A stretch of DNA of 64,000 nucleotides from NCBI GenBank assembly GCA_049903315.1, contig JBNGBT010000003.1:160001-224000 (forward strand), written 5' to 3'. The first letter of the stretch is position 1. Every line of letters starts with the position of its first letter. The position numbers and the translations under genes were made by a program. The notes beneath the pieces were generated by a model. That model saw only the letters and a program-made list of their open reading frames with translations. It was not told the origin of the DNA and searched no databases. Source of the stretch: Candidatus Cloacimonadota bacterium. Its GTDB lineage: Bacteria; Cloacimonadota; Cloacimonadia; JGIOTU-2. This document shows positions 1 to 9,940 of the stretch, in pieces.

Positions 1-122
1 ATGAAGGCTTCTCTTGGGATTTTCTCAAAAGTCTCGCACACTAAATCTGTCAGCTTCTTTACGAGTTCCCGCTTCACTTCGATATCTTTAATGACCGGTC
101 CTTCAAATGTAATTATCGGCAT
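1..122 (-). CDS. 4-oxalocrotonate tautomerase family protein (partial, runs off window start; not in ORF track)
   Basis: Manual translation MPIITFEGPVIKDIEVKRELVKKLTDLVCETFEKIPREAF; Met-Pro start (catalytic Pro1) and KRELV..LT pattern of 4-OT/DmpI family; GGAG SD upstream. Confidence 0.8.
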   Translation of the reverse strand, partial: MPIITFEGPVIKDIEVKRELVKKLTDLVCETFEKIPREAF

Positions 123-176
123 ATTAATTTCTCCATTTTATTCCACTGTATTTATTTTCTGTTTATCTTATATCGA

Positions 177-1127
177 TTATTGAGATTCAAATTCCTTTGC
201 ACTGACGTTTTTAATAAGAATATCGCGCTCGTTGATCGAAGGTATTGTATTTGGGGGCATCGGAAGCGTTGTTTCACTCACCACAAATTCTGTAAGTGTA
301 ACTCTCTGCACCCAATTAGATTCGAGGTCTTTATAAATATCTCCCATGTAATGAGAGGTTCCAACGGTGACGATCTCGAAGTTAGGTGCCGGTTGGGATA
401 TCATTTTGTAGGTACTCTCACCGGAATCGTACTCAAGAAGAGCGCAGGTTTTGCCGTTTACAATGCCAAGCCCTTTGAATTCCAAGGTAATTTCACCATT
501 CTTGAAGTATGAGCCCTCGGCAATATTGCTGCCAAGATTTGTTGGAGGTTCTGAATTCGCTGCAGCATGAACAATCTTCTGCCCGATCTTCGTTAGCTTC
601 TGGATGCCGTTGCCTTCGGGAGTTTTCTCTGCAAACACATTGCAAAAAGAATGAAAGTCGATAAATGCATTGTACACATGATAGGATTTATCTGGCGGGA
701 TTGGATTTCCATTACTGTCTGTCAAATTATCAAATTTACTGTGATCGATCCCGAAAACCTGCCCATTTTCGTCAATATCATCATGGAAAATATATGACCA
801 ATGTGCGAGTGCAGGTATCTGGATTTCTGGGGTATCTCCAAGCTGAATGGTAAATTGTGTACAGGTATATTTATAACCTTCATCAACATTATTAGAAGGG
901 ATACATTTGAGATGCAAACGGAATGTGTCGGTGCCGGCACGTGTGCCATCCAGTGAATAATTGATGAGTTTTGATTCCATAATATAGTACTGAATTTCCT
1001 TTGTGCGTTCACCAGCAAGACCAAATTCTTTATCCATTATTGAATTGATTTGAGCTTCGGCAGTGTTTACAAAAACACACAAAGTTATGATGCTGAATAG
1101 TAGACATGGTAAGAACTTAATTTTCAT
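177..1127 (-). CDS. Hypothetical secreted protein
   Basis: Long ORF; likely start MKIKFLPCLL after GAGG SD; signal peptide ending AEA; no recognised motif. Confidence 0.7.
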   Translation of the reverse strand: MKIKFLPCLLFSIITLCVFVNTAEAQINSIMDKEFGLAGERTKEIQYYIMESKLINYSLDGTRAGTDTFRLHLKCIPSNNVDEGYKYTCTQFTIQLGDTPEIQIPALAHWSYIFHDDIDENGQVFGIDHSKFDNLTDSNGNPIPPDKSYHVYNAFIDFHSFCNVFAEKTPEGNGIQKLTKIGQKIVHAAANSEPPTNLGSNIAEGSYFKNGEITLEFKGLGIVNGKTCALLEYDSGESTYKMISQPAPNFEIVTVGTSHYMGDIYKDLESNWVQRVTLTEFVVSETTLPMPPNTIPSINERDILIKNVSAKEFESQ

Positions 1128-1330
1128 TGTTTTGACCTCGAAATTATATTTTATTATATACCTAAGCTTACTAAGTTGCTTCATGTATTTTATTCTTCTT
1201 AATATCTCAAATTATTCGTCAATTATTTCATGGGACTGGAATTGGGGATTTCGAAAAAATATTCAATAAATCTTGCCTATAAAAATTCTTTTTTGTAATC
1301 ATTGTGAACAGATTTTTCCAAGAGGTATTC

Positions 1331-2080
1331 ATGAAGTATACGGTTTTAGGTTCGGGTTCCTGTGTTCCCGAAACGAAGAAAAATTCATCGGGCGGTTTGC
1401 TCGATGTGGGAGAAATCCTTATGCTGGTGGACTGCGGAACAGGTGTGCTTCATACTATTCCCAGGTCCGGTTATGATTACACACAGATTGACGCCGTATG
1501 CCTGACACACCTTCATCTTGACCATGTAAATGATTTCGGCGCACTTCTTTTTGCCATGAATCATGATCCTGAATGTCATAGAGAAAAAGAACTGTTTGTT
1601 ATCGCACCAATTGGATTCACGCAATTTTTTGAGAACCTCAAGCAGTTATATGGCGGCACACTTGACACACCTTATGATGTAGTGATCAGGGAAATGGGAA
1701 ATGAGGAGTTTGATTATGGTGACATACATATACAGACGCTGCAGACTTTTCATACTGAGAACAGCATTGGATATAGGTTTACTTATAATGGAAAAGTGGT
1801 TTGCATTTCCGGTGATACGAGCTATAACGAAAATATAGTTACACTTTGCAGAGATGCAGATCTCGCAGTACTGGAATGTTCATTTCCGCAAATGCAGGAA
1901 GAAGGTATTCATCTTAATCCTAAGCTTATCTCTAAGATCGTGACAGAAGCTCATGTAAAGGAAGTGCTGCTTACCCATCTTTACCCTCATACTGAGGACT
2001 ATCCAATAGTTGAGTATATAACCAGGGAATATGATGGAGATATTGCGATTGCTCAGGTGGGGAAAACCTATAAGATATAG
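1331..2080 (+). CDS. MBL-fold metallo-hydrolase (RNase Z/BN-like)
   Basis: VLGSG start, LVDCG, THLHLDH metal motif, SGDT, LECS, LTHLYP; GAGG SD before ATG 1331. Confidence 0.85.
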   Translation: MKYTVLGSGSCVPETKKNSSGGLLDVGEILMLVDCGTGVLHTIPRSGYDYTQIDAVCLTHLHLDHVNDFGALLFAMNHDPECHREKELFVIAPIGFTQFFENLKQLYGGTLDTPYDVVIREMGNEEFDYGDIHIQTLQTFHTENSIGYRFTYNGKVVCISGDTSYNENIVTLCRDADLAVLECSFPQMQEEGIHLNPKLISKIVTEAHVKEVLLTHLYPHTEDYPIVEYITREYDGDIAIAQVGKTYKI

Positions 2081-2114
2081 GATTTTAATTGTTACAGGAT
2101 GGGTAATTTAAATA

Positions 2115-2145
2115 AGGGACTCTTCGCTCTTTGCAAAGAATCCCT
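2115..2145 (-). terminator. Intrinsic terminator after the STAS gene
   Basis: Minus strand AGGGATTCTTTGC-AAAGA-GCGAAGAGTCCCT, 13-bp stem with two G:U pairs followed by TATTT; lies between convergent genes. Confidence 0.65.
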
Positions 2146-2168
2146 AAAAATAACAAATATTTTTGAAC

Positions 2169-2504
2169 TTATTCCAAAATTTTGAGTGCGTCTTCCTTTG
2201 TATCAACAATTGTGAAGATTGGAGTAAATCCTGAGATTTCAAAGATCTCTTTGATGAAATCTTTCATGCTGCAGAGAATGATCTCTCCTTTATTGTTGCG
2301 TAATTTTTTTGCAGCAAGGAGAAGCAAACGCAGCCCGGCACTGCTGATATAGTCCAGAGCGGAAAAATCAAGAATGAGCTTTTTCTCTCCTCCGTCGATC
2401 ATGGGGATAAGGACACTTTCCAACTCTCCGGACGTGTTTGCATCAAGACGTCCAATCAGGTTGAGAATTGCAATTTCTCCATGTTTAACTTGCTTAATTT
2501 CCAT
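2169..2504 (-). CDS. STAS-domain anti-sigma factor antagonist (RsbV/SpoIIAA-like)
   Basis: GRLDA, LDFSALDYISSAGLR with phospho-acceptor Ser, IFEISGF; GGAGG SD. Confidence 0.9.
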   Translation of the reverse strand: MEIKQVKHGEIAILNLIGRLDANTSGELESVLIPMIDGGEKKLILDFSALDYISSAGLRLLLLAAKKLRNNKGEIILCSMKDFIKEIFEISGFTPIFTIVDTKEDALKILE

Positions 2505-2544
2505 GTAATCCTCCAATAATGGATAAGAAATTTTTCAATTTCCT

Positions 2545-2970
2545 TTAGTTCGAATTTTTCAAGAATTTTGTCAATGTTAAGATATTTTTATCTTCTACCC
2601 TTCGATATTTTATTATATCCATAAGCTTTTTTACAAGGTAAATGCCGAGTCCGCCTATGGGTCTTTCTTCGACAGAATGTTTCAGGTGAACCGGATCCTC
2701 TTTCAGTTCAGGATTGAATGCAATGCCATCATCTATAAAAACAAGCTTGAGCTCATGTTCCTTAAGATAAAATTGAACTTCTATGATATGTTTCGCATTA
2801 TCATCAAAACCGTAGGAGATAATATTGGTAATGAGTTCGTCAAGACAGAGAGAAATATCATAAATAATACGTTGCGACAAATCATTTTCTTCTGCAAAAA
2901 TTTCAAATTTCTCTATTACATGCGAAATCTCAGGGAGTGAATTCTTTATGTGTAGTATTAATGATTTCAT
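2545..2970 (-). CDS. RsbW-like anti-sigma factor / Ser kinase (HATPase_c_2)
   Basis: ELITNII N-box, DDGIAFNP, GGLGIYLVKKLMD. Confidence 0.9.
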   Translation of the reverse strand: MKSLILHIKNSLPEISHVIEKFEIFAEENDLSQRIIYDISLCLDELITNIISYGFDDNAKHIIEVQFYLKEHELKLVFIDDGIAFNPELKEDPVHLKHSVEERPIGGLGIYLVKKLMDIIKYRRVEDKNILTLTKFLKNSN

Positions 2971-2977
2971 GTGAACC

Positions 2978-4324
2978 TCACATCCTGTAATGAAGGACGA
3001 GAATGGCTATATCGTCAAATTGCACCGCATCACCCTGGAAGTCATAGACATCTTCAATGACCTGCATGCTTGTCTCCTTCGGAGGGCAATTACTGCATTC
3101 GGACAAGAGATTTTCCAGGCGCTGAAGTGTAAATTGTTCATCTTTGATATTCGTTGCTTCATTCACCCCGTCAGTGAAGATGAACATTTGATCATTCTGT
3201 TTCATGTATACAGATTTTGTTTCAAACTCAAAATCATCAAGAACGCCAAGTGCAATTCCCTTTGTGTTAGGAATTTTTGTGACAGTGCCATCGTTATGGA
3301 TGATATAGGGAATATTATGCCCTGCATTTGAATAGACAACTTCTCCTGTTTCGATATCCAGGATACCTAGAAATACAGTGACGAACATACTCGATTCGTT
3401 TTCTTCGCAAAGCATGTTATTTACTTGAGAAAGAATATCGGCAGAGGACATGCCCGATTGTGCATGAGCTTTAATCAAGGTTTTGGTGACAGCCATAAAC
3501 AGTGAGGCAGGAACGCCTTTTCCAGATACATCTCCTTCGCAAAAACACATATGTGTATCATCGAGAAAGAAGAAATCATAAAGATCACCGCCCACTTCCT
3601 TTGCCGGCTCGATTATCGCAAAAAGGTCGAATTCCGGACGTTCGGGGAAGGGGGGGAATATCTTTGGTATGATACCCATCTGTATGTCATGTGCAATGCG
3701 CAGATCATGCTCGATCTTTGCTTTATCGGACTCTGTTCTGCGCTCCTTTACAAGGTTCCTGGCAATAAAGATGAATATTGCAATACCCACACCATTTGCG
3801 AGCACCATAGGAAACACTGCATTTCTAATGATTGCCCAGGTCTGAGTAACTGTTCCGGTATGAAGACTCCAGAAATATGCGAGTTCCATGTGAAAGATTT
3901 CGAGAAGAACCGCGAAGATGATCGCACCGGGTATGGTGATGATTTTTTTCTTTCTTACAAGATATATAATCCCGCCGAAGAGCCCGGCACAGAGTGTTGC
4001 TGCAGAACAGGGAACGCATGTGACACCTCCCTGAAAGAAGCGGTGGACAGCACCGATCAAACCTGCACCGACACCAACAAGCGGACCTGCGATCAGTCCT
4101 GCAATTGCCGGACCAAGATCCCTGATATTTGCAGTTGCATCAAATAACTTTATTCCACTCAGTGTTCCATAAATAGAGAACAACCCAAAAATAACAGAGA
4201 GAATTACCCCATTTTTCAGGGTTATTTTTTTCTCAATTATGACTTCGGAATACAGTTTTGTACGCGTAAGCACATAAGCAATCACGATGAGCACTGCCAT
4301 ATGATTGATAAGTGAAATGCCCAT
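2978..4324 (-). CDS. LytS/YhcK 5TM receptor fused to SpoIIE/PP2C phosphatase
   Basis: N-terminal ANIRD..GLIAGP..HRF..GG 5TMR-LYT motifs; C-terminal VGGDLYDF, GDVSGKG, FTDG, DD PP2C motifs. Confidence 0.9.
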   Translation of the reverse strand: MGISLINHMAVLIVIAYVLTRTKLYSEVIIEKKITLKNGVILSVIFGLFSIYGTLSGIKLFDATANIRDLGPAIAGLIAGPLVGVGAGLIGAVHRFFQGGVTCVPCSAATLCAGLFGGIIYLVRKKKIITIPGAIIFAVLLEIFHMELAYFWSLHTGTVTQTWAIIRNAVFPMVLANGVGIAIFIFIARNLVKERRTESDKAKIEHDLRIAHDIQMGIIPKIFPPFPERPEFDLFAIIEPAKEVGGDLYDFFFLDDTHMCFCEGDVSGKGVPASLFMAVTKTLIKAHAQSGMSSADILSQVNNMLCEENESSMFVTVFLGILDIETGEVVYSNAGHNIPYIIHNDGTVTKIPNTKGIALGVLDDFEFETKSVYMKQNDQMFIFTDGVNEATNIKDEQFTLQRLENLLSECSNCPPKETSMQVIEDVYDFQGDAVQFDDIAILVLHYRM

Positions 4325-4325
4325 T

Positions 4326-4694
4326 CTAGTCCTTAGCCTTTACATTATGATGCAGTGCCAACCACACCGTCTTTTCATCAGGAACTGTCCATTCAACTCT
4401 ATGATATATGCCAGCTGGAATTGTAAGATGATCTCCGGGAATAAGGGCTTGTATGTGACCGTTGGACTTAAATTTTAATTTTGCGGCACCACTCAGGAGC
4501 AGCACCCATTCGTCTGTATCTTCACAAAGCCATGTTTCTTTTGGGGTGGTCTGTCCTATGGTTATTATTCTTTCAAGAAGGAAATCCTTATTCTTGAGAA
4601 TATTTTCAAAATATTCATTCTCAAGATTTTCAGGAATCTTTTCGAAGATGTTATTGATTACAGGGATGTCCACAGGGTGTTTCGCAATCTTCAT
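4326..4694 (-). CDS. Cupin domain protein (start uncertain)
   Basis: LERII..GQ.TP, EWVLLLSG, GDHLTIPAG..HRVEWT cupin pattern. Confidence 0.75.
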   Translation of the reverse strand: MKIAKHPVDIPVINNIFEKIPENLENEYFENILKNKDFLLERIITIGQTTPKETWLCEDTDEWVLLLSGAAKLKFKSNGHIQALIPGDHLTIPAGIYHRVEWTVPDEKTVWLALHHNVKAKD

Positions 4695-5442
4695 CTTTAG
4701 CTGGTTCAATTTTTCCAAACCATTTTTTATGAATGAAATCATAGGTGCCGTTATTCTTCAACTCGGTCATGCCCTTGTTTATGAATTCAAGAAGCTTAGT
4801 ATCGTTTTTGTCCACAGCAAGATACATATAACTTATCTCCAGAGGTTCTTCTGCTGAGGTAATTTCTCTATACTCATTTTTCTTTATGATATACATTGCA
4901 ACGCTTGTTGGTCCAACAAATGCATCTACTACATTGTTGTTTAATGCATATAATGCATCGTATTCGGACTCTGTAGGAATAAGGTATATCTCATCATTTT
5001 GGGAAAGCTGTTCTTCATAATAACTTCTCTTCTGCACGGCCACTCTTTTTCCGGAAAGTGCATCGATAGAGTTTAATGAGTTATCCTTGGAAAATATCCT
5101 AATCTCATCGATCAAATAGGGCTCATCGGAGAAGTCATATATTTCTTCTCTTTCGGGAGTTTTGTCCATCTGGGACATTAGATCGACCTTTACTCCTTTA
5201 CGCAATGAAACCAGTGCATCACTCCACTTAAATTCTGTTGGGGTAAATCCATAGATGGTTCCTTCAAACATCGGGGTGAGGATGTCTATGTCAAAACCTA
5301 CCGGCTCGCCGTTTTCAATAAAAGAAAAGGGTGCATGGGTTTTATCAAAAGCAAAGACAATACCTCGTTCTTTGGCTGATAAAGCAAAAGTGAGTGACAA
5401 TAGAATAGTGATTATTACTAACAGAATTGATGTCTTTTTCAT
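4651..5442 (-). CDS. Family 3 (polar amino acid type) solute-binding protein
   Basis: Signal peptide, APFSF..GFDIDI, TPER...DFS.PY, GKRVAV, NGTY..I.KKW. Confidence 0.85.
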   Translation of the reverse strand: MKKTSILLVIITILLSLTFALSAKERGIVFAFDKTHAPFSFIENGEPVGFDIDILTPMFEGTIYGFTPTEFKWSDALVSLRKGVKVDLMSQMDKTPEREEIYDFSDEPYLIDEIRIFSKDNSLNSIDALSGKRVAVQKRSYYEEQLSQNDEIYLIPTESEYDALYALNNNVVDAFVGPTSVAMYIIKKNEYREITSAEEPLEISYMYLAVDKNDTKLLEFINKGMTELKNNGTYDFIHKKWFGKIEPAKDEDCETPCGHPCNQ

Positions 5443-5457
5443 TATATTACTCCTAAA

Positions 5458-7377
5458 TTATTTTTCTCTTTTTAATAGAAGAATCGTGATATCGTCAAAC
5501 TGATTATCCTTCTGGAATCCTTCAAGGTCTTCTGTAACGACATCGAGAATTTCGACCAATGATTTATCGGCATTCTCGCTGAGTATTTTGAGAAATCTTT
5601 TTTCACCGTAAAGCTCTTGCCCTGGAGAAGTTGCCTCAATCACACCATCGGTGTACAGCACCATTTTTTGTCCGATCTCCAATTGTGCGTCGCCTTCGTG
5701 GTATGTATGGAATTCATTGATACCGAGTGCAATGTCTTTAAAGGTTTTCAATATCTTGTATGAGCCGTCTTCAGAGAGGATTATTGGTTCATCATGCCCG
5801 GCATTTGTCCATTTCATTTTTCCTGTTCTGATATTATAGATAGCAAGGAAAAGCGTGGTGAACATGCATGCGTCATTATCCTGGCAGAGTACAATATTTG
5901 CTTTTTCCATAGCTTCTGCTGGTGGAACGCCTTGCACGCACACGGTTTTCATAAGTGTTCTTGTCACAGCCATGAAAAGCCCTGCGGAAATACCTTTGCC
6001 CGAAACATCAGCAATTATTACTGCAATGTTATCTTCATCAAGCATAAAGAAGTCAAAGAAGTCACCGGCAACCTCTTTTGCAGGAATGTTCCGTGCATAG
6101 AGGTCGAATTCTTCAGTATCAGGGAAAGGCGGGAATATTCGCGGAAGAAGGGATTCCTGTATCTGCCTGGCAATACGAAGTTCACTTTCCACAGATTCTT
6201 TTGCTTTAGTCGCAACGGTCAGGTCAGAGATATAATGTTTCAGGTCATAGGTCATTTTATTGAATGCTTTTACGAGCTCATGAATTTCATCATGCCCCCG
6301 TATGCCAGTTATCTTTTCATCGAGATCGCCTTGGGATATCTTACTGGCAAAGCTGAGTAACCTTTTTATCGGATTAGTGATGCCAAATGCAGCCCACAGG
6401 ATAACAAGGAGGATTATAACGAGTCCTATGACCATAATAGTAATCTGCCGGATCACCATGGAATTAACAGTTTTCATAATCTCTTTATCTGGGATCACTG
6501 CTGCAAAACTCCAATCACAGTCCGGAATTGGCGAATAAACCAACCATTGTTTTTTACCTGTAACTACATTGCTGAATGTTGTAATGCCCTGTTCTCCAGC
6601 AATCATTTTTTTGCCGATCTCGCGCAATTCAGGTTGCTCATCTTCCTCAGCAAGACTGAAGATGCTTTCGTTCATCATGTATTCTTTTATTGGATGATAG
6701 ATGAACGTGCCTGTTCTCGTAATGATAAATGTATGCCCTGCCATAATGCGGATGTTGTTCATTTCTCTCTCGAGATCATCGAGGGAAATATCAGCAGTGG
6801 AAACGCCAATAAATTTCTCGTCTTTATACATCGGCTGAGAATAGGTTGCCATGAGAATATTTGTGCCACCCTCATCAAAGTACGGTTCTCCCCAGTAGGA
6901 TGTTCCAAGCAGTTTAGGTATCATGAACCAGTCTTGGAGCGTGTAATCATAACTTAGTGCAAGATCAACATCCCGGATCTCATCATCCGAGCGATACACA
7001 TACGGCGAGAAAAGTTTCATCTTAATATAAACTAATGGTTCAAATGCAGTTGCCATGCCGTAAATATCACTATTCTCACCTAATTTCTTTTTCATCAGAG
7101 CATACAACTCATTTTTCGTTGGCGTGGAGAATTCATCGATCGCATCCGCAATACCCATCGAAGCCTGGGAGACTTTTATAAATTTTCCATCAAGCATAGA
7201 GGCATGATGCGAGGTGAGTTCAAAGAGGTATTCCTTCATTTGTTTCAGCGCATTATCACCACTCCAGAAATATGTGAATAGTATAACAATAACATATACT
7301 AGCAAAAGCGGAAGACCGATCCAGAGAAGAAGCTTACGAACCAAAGGACGTTTGACTTTTACTTTTTCACTTTTCAT
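5458..7377 (-). CDS. dCache-HAMP-SpoIIE/PP2C membrane phosphatase
   Basis: Two TM helices flanking a dCache (YW.EPYFD), HAMP (PIKRL..DEIHEL..FNKM), VAGDFFD, DVSGKG, YTDG, DDIT. Confidence 0.9.
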   Translation of the reverse strand: MKSEKVKVKRPLVRKLLLWIGLPLLLVYVIVILFTYFWSGDNALKQMKEYLFELTSHHASMLDGKFIKVSQASMGIADAIDEFSTPTKNELYALMKKKLGENSDIYGMATAFEPLVYIKMKLFSPYVYRSDDEIRDVDLALSYDYTLQDWFMIPKLLGTSYWGEPYFDEGGTNILMATYSQPMYKDEKFIGVSTADISLDDLEREMNNIRIMAGHTFIITRTGTFIYHPIKEYMMNESIFSLAEEDEQPELREIGKKMIAGEQGITTFSNVVTGKKQWLVYSPIPDCDWSFAAVIPDKEIMKTVNSMVIRQITIMVIGLVIILLVILWAAFGITNPIKRLLSFASKISQGDLDEKITGIRGHDEIHELVKAFNKMTYDLKHYISDLTVATKAKESVESELRIARQIQESLLPRIFPPFPDTEEFDLYARNIPAKEVAGDFFDFFMLDEDNIAVIIADVSGKGISAGLFMAVTRTLMKTVCVQGVPPAEAMEKANIVLCQDNDACMFTTLFLAIYNIRTGKMKWTNAGHDEPIILSEDGSYKILKTFKDIALGINEFHTYHEGDAQLEIGQKMVLYTDGVIEATSPGQELYGEKRFLKILSENADKSLVEILDVVTEDLEGFQKDNQFDDITILLLKREK

Positions 7378-8350
7378 GGGCAACGTCCTTAAAAAAGTCC
7401 TTGTATAAAGGAATTTTCATGATAAGCTTTTGATGGAGTAGTTCTTCTCCGACAGTATAATAGTCGTCTTTTTGCAGAATCCCCCAATTATTTGGATCAT
7501 CACCAACCTTGTAGGTCATTGCAATCTCAATAGCATTGAGCATCCATCTCTGGTGTGAGCGGTTTGTCTGTATGTGATATTCTCTGCAATATTTCATGAC
7601 GATGTCGAGTGTTTCTTCTTTGTGCTGGATTGCATATGCCCAACCCTTTATCGTGGCATCAATAAAATTTTTGCACATTTCCGGATCATTTTGAAGTGTT
7701 TCTTCTCTGCAGTAAATGCCATCTTCCGGGAAGTTGAGGTCATAATCTGTGAAAAAGAAGCTCACAAGCTCATCTTCATCGATGCCCGCTTGAAGTATTT
7801 TATGATACTCATTATAATACATTGCAGAGGTCACATCGATTGCACCGACAAGGAATCCATCAATTCTGAATGACTGGGGGATCACCTCGGGTTGAATATT
7901 TTGTTTTTGAAAAAATGCAATGGGTTGGATCGAGAAATCTCCCCCCCAGTTGCTGACAATTTTATCTTTGAAGTCCTGTGCAGTTTCTATCCCGCTTTCT
8001 TTTTTTGCAACAAGCATCAATGATGATTTTTGGAGAAGCTGGCAAATATTCAGGATTGGTTTATTTTCCGAGCGTATCTTGATCGTTTGAGAAAGCCATC
8101 CGGTACAGAATTCGATTCGTTTGTCCAGCACTTCCTTGAGAGGACTATCTGTTCCATCAGAAAAAAGTATTGTAGCATCGATACCTGCTTCATTATAGAA
8201 ACCCTTTTCATATGCAACGATATAGCCAGCAAATTGGGCTTGAGGAAACCACTGCACCATAAGGGAGATACTCTTCTTGCTCTGGCCCAGCAAAACGTGA
8301 GTACAAAGAAGAATGATACAGAAGAATACTATAGATATTTTTCTTTTCAT
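7367..8350 (-). CDS. NMT1/THI5-like ABC-type solute-binding protein
   Basis: QWFPQAQFAGYIVAYEKGFY.EAGID, YNE, KGW.YA; signal peptide; GGAG SD before ATG 8350. Confidence 0.85.
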   Translation of the reverse strand: MKRKISIVFFCIILLCTHVLLGQSKKSISLMVQWFPQAQFAGYIVAYEKGFYNEAGIDATILFSDGTDSPLKEVLDKRIEFCTGWLSQTIKIRSENKPILNICQLLQKSSLMLVAKKESGIETAQDFKDKIVSNWGGDFSIQPIAFFQKQNIQPEVIPQSFRIDGFLVGAIDVTSAMYYNEYHKILQAGIDEDELVSFFFTDYDLNFPEDGIYCREETLQNDPEMCKNFIDATIKGWAYAIQHKEETLDIVMKYCREYHIQTNRSHQRWMLNAIEIAMTYKVGDDPNNWGILQKDDYYTVGEELLHQKLIMKIPLYKDFFKDVAHEK

Positions 8351-8423
8351 ATACTCCATAACGTGATACATCAGAACCAAACTGGAAATATTAATCAATA
8401 ATTAAGCCATTAATTTCGAAATC

Positions 8424-8623
8424 CAAATTCCTAATGTCAAATAAAATGACAAAACCTCTGTCCCGCTAGATAAGAGCTTATATTATCGAATATGGGCATT
8501 CATATTCCATCTTTAATTTCTAAAAGGGCAAGAATGTCAAACATACTCAAGCAAAATCAACGAAGACTGATCATTTTATTTTGGTATTTGAGATTTTAAA
8601 TTTTATTTGAAATTAGATATTTG
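8424..8623. repeat. Imperfect AT-rich inverted repeat (about 35-bp arms)
   Basis: caaattcctaatgtcaaataaaatgacaaaacctc (8424-8458) vs reverse complement of 8590-8623 caaatatctaatttcaaataaaatttaaaatctc. Confidence 0.5.
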
Positions 8624-8751
8624 TAGTTAGTCATTAAATCTATTTACAAAATAACTTTCAAGAATGATAATTCCTATTATCCGGATGCCAAAACTTACAG
8701 AAATTTATTGATAAGATTCTAATTTTTCGTTTATTAATTAACAAGTGTTAT

Positions 8752-9837
8752 TTATTTTTTGCCTGAATCGTCAGTAGTCGTATCTTCAGCAACTTCTTCC
8801 AGGCGGGATTTCTGGCGATGGGTATATTGCTTGAGTGCTTTGGAAATATCAAGGACATTGAATATCTCGGTCTGATTTGCAAGTTCCTGAAGCTCCTCTG
8901 AAAGTTTTGCAACTGCTTCGCGCTGGAAGCGAAGGGCTTTTGTGAATTCATCTTTACTTTCTACGCGCTTGTCATCACGGATCCGGAATTTGTGCACTTC
9001 GTCGATCGCTTCACGTTTGATGGTTAAATCGAGGAATTTCTGTGCATTTTCCATAAAAGGATCTATGCGATACATGTAGAACGACACATTCGCCTTCGTA
9101 CGCATCTCGTGAACGAGTTCGGGTCGGGGTCCGATTATCTCGCCTTTGAATTTCAACCACCAGTCATCGGTTTTTTCGTCAGTCAGCAGGATCACGGGTT
9201 TGTAGGTCGATTTAGCATGCTCAATAGTCTGATACCAGATGATAAGATCACGATATTTATTAATATCTCTTTTGTCATCTTTATTATGGAATCCGGGAGG
9301 AATTTCATCTTCGTATCGCTCATTACCCTCTTTATAGATCTCTTCAAGGCGTTCTTTCGAGAAGTCATTGCCGACTTTTCTTTCCAGAAGATTTGAAATC
9401 GCTTCCTGAAGCTTGTCGTTTTCAAAGAGGGAGAGATATTCCTCTTTTCTTTCGTGCAGCTTTAATTCGAGATCTTTAAAAATTTTTACAACTTTGTCTA
9501 TCAGTTGGTCTGCAAGAAAGGAGTGATCATCAGAAAGTAGTCTGTTTTTCAACTCATCCTGGATTTCTTTTAGGAATTTCTGCAGATCAAGATAGGAGTC
9601 TTCCTGGTGCTCGATAACCTGCAGTCGGCGCTGGTGATATTCCAGTGCTGCTTGATAGGGAATCCAGATGCGGTCTCCCATCTGATGGAAAGTGTTGAGA
9701 ATTTCTGTATTTGTTTCTGCTGAATAGCGGTATAAATTTAGCAGCACATTTGCATCGAGAACAAATACACTGTTTTCCCACATCCGTGTGAGTTCGGTTT
9801 CGGTGGGTTTATAATATCCAACAAATGCATTTCTCAT
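8752..9837 (-). CDS. PIN-like domain protein (PIN_8/DUF4935 type) with coiled-coil tail
   Basis: VLDANVLLNLYRYS, WIPYQAALEY, IPPG, DLIIW, DWW...GPRPEL..E. Confidence 0.8.
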   Translation of the reverse strand: MRNAFVGYYKPTETELTRMWENSVFVLDANVLLNLYRYSAETNTEILNTFHQMGDRIWIPYQAALEYHQRRLQVIEHQEDSYLDLQKFLKEIQDELKNRLLSDDHSFLADQLIDKVVKIFKDLELKLHERKEEYLSLFENDKLQEAISNLLERKVGNDFSKERLEEIYKEGNERYEDEIPPGFHNKDDKRDINKYRDLIIWYQTIEHAKSTYKPVILLTDEKTDDWWLKFKGEIIGPRPELVHEMRTKANVSFYMYRIDPFMENAQKFLDLTIKREAIDEVHKFRIRDDKRVESKDEFTKALRFQREAVAKLSEELQELANQTEIFNVLDISKALKQYTHRQKSRLEEVAEDTTTDDSGKK

Positions 9838-9940
9838 GAATATGCTCCGGTATTATTTCGCATGCGTACAAATCTTAAGAAATCATATTTTCTCGTCAAT
9901 GTTATTCGTGCAGCATAAAAAAAGTTAAAAAACTGATACA

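Noticed and set aside
1..183. 60-aa plus-strand ORF at window start
   Set aside because: The minus strand carries a better supported tautomerase gene with an SD sequence
8350..8750. Possible TPP riboswitch upstream of the THI5-like gene
   Set aside because: No TPP core (GGG...CTGAGA...ACCTG) visible on the minus strand
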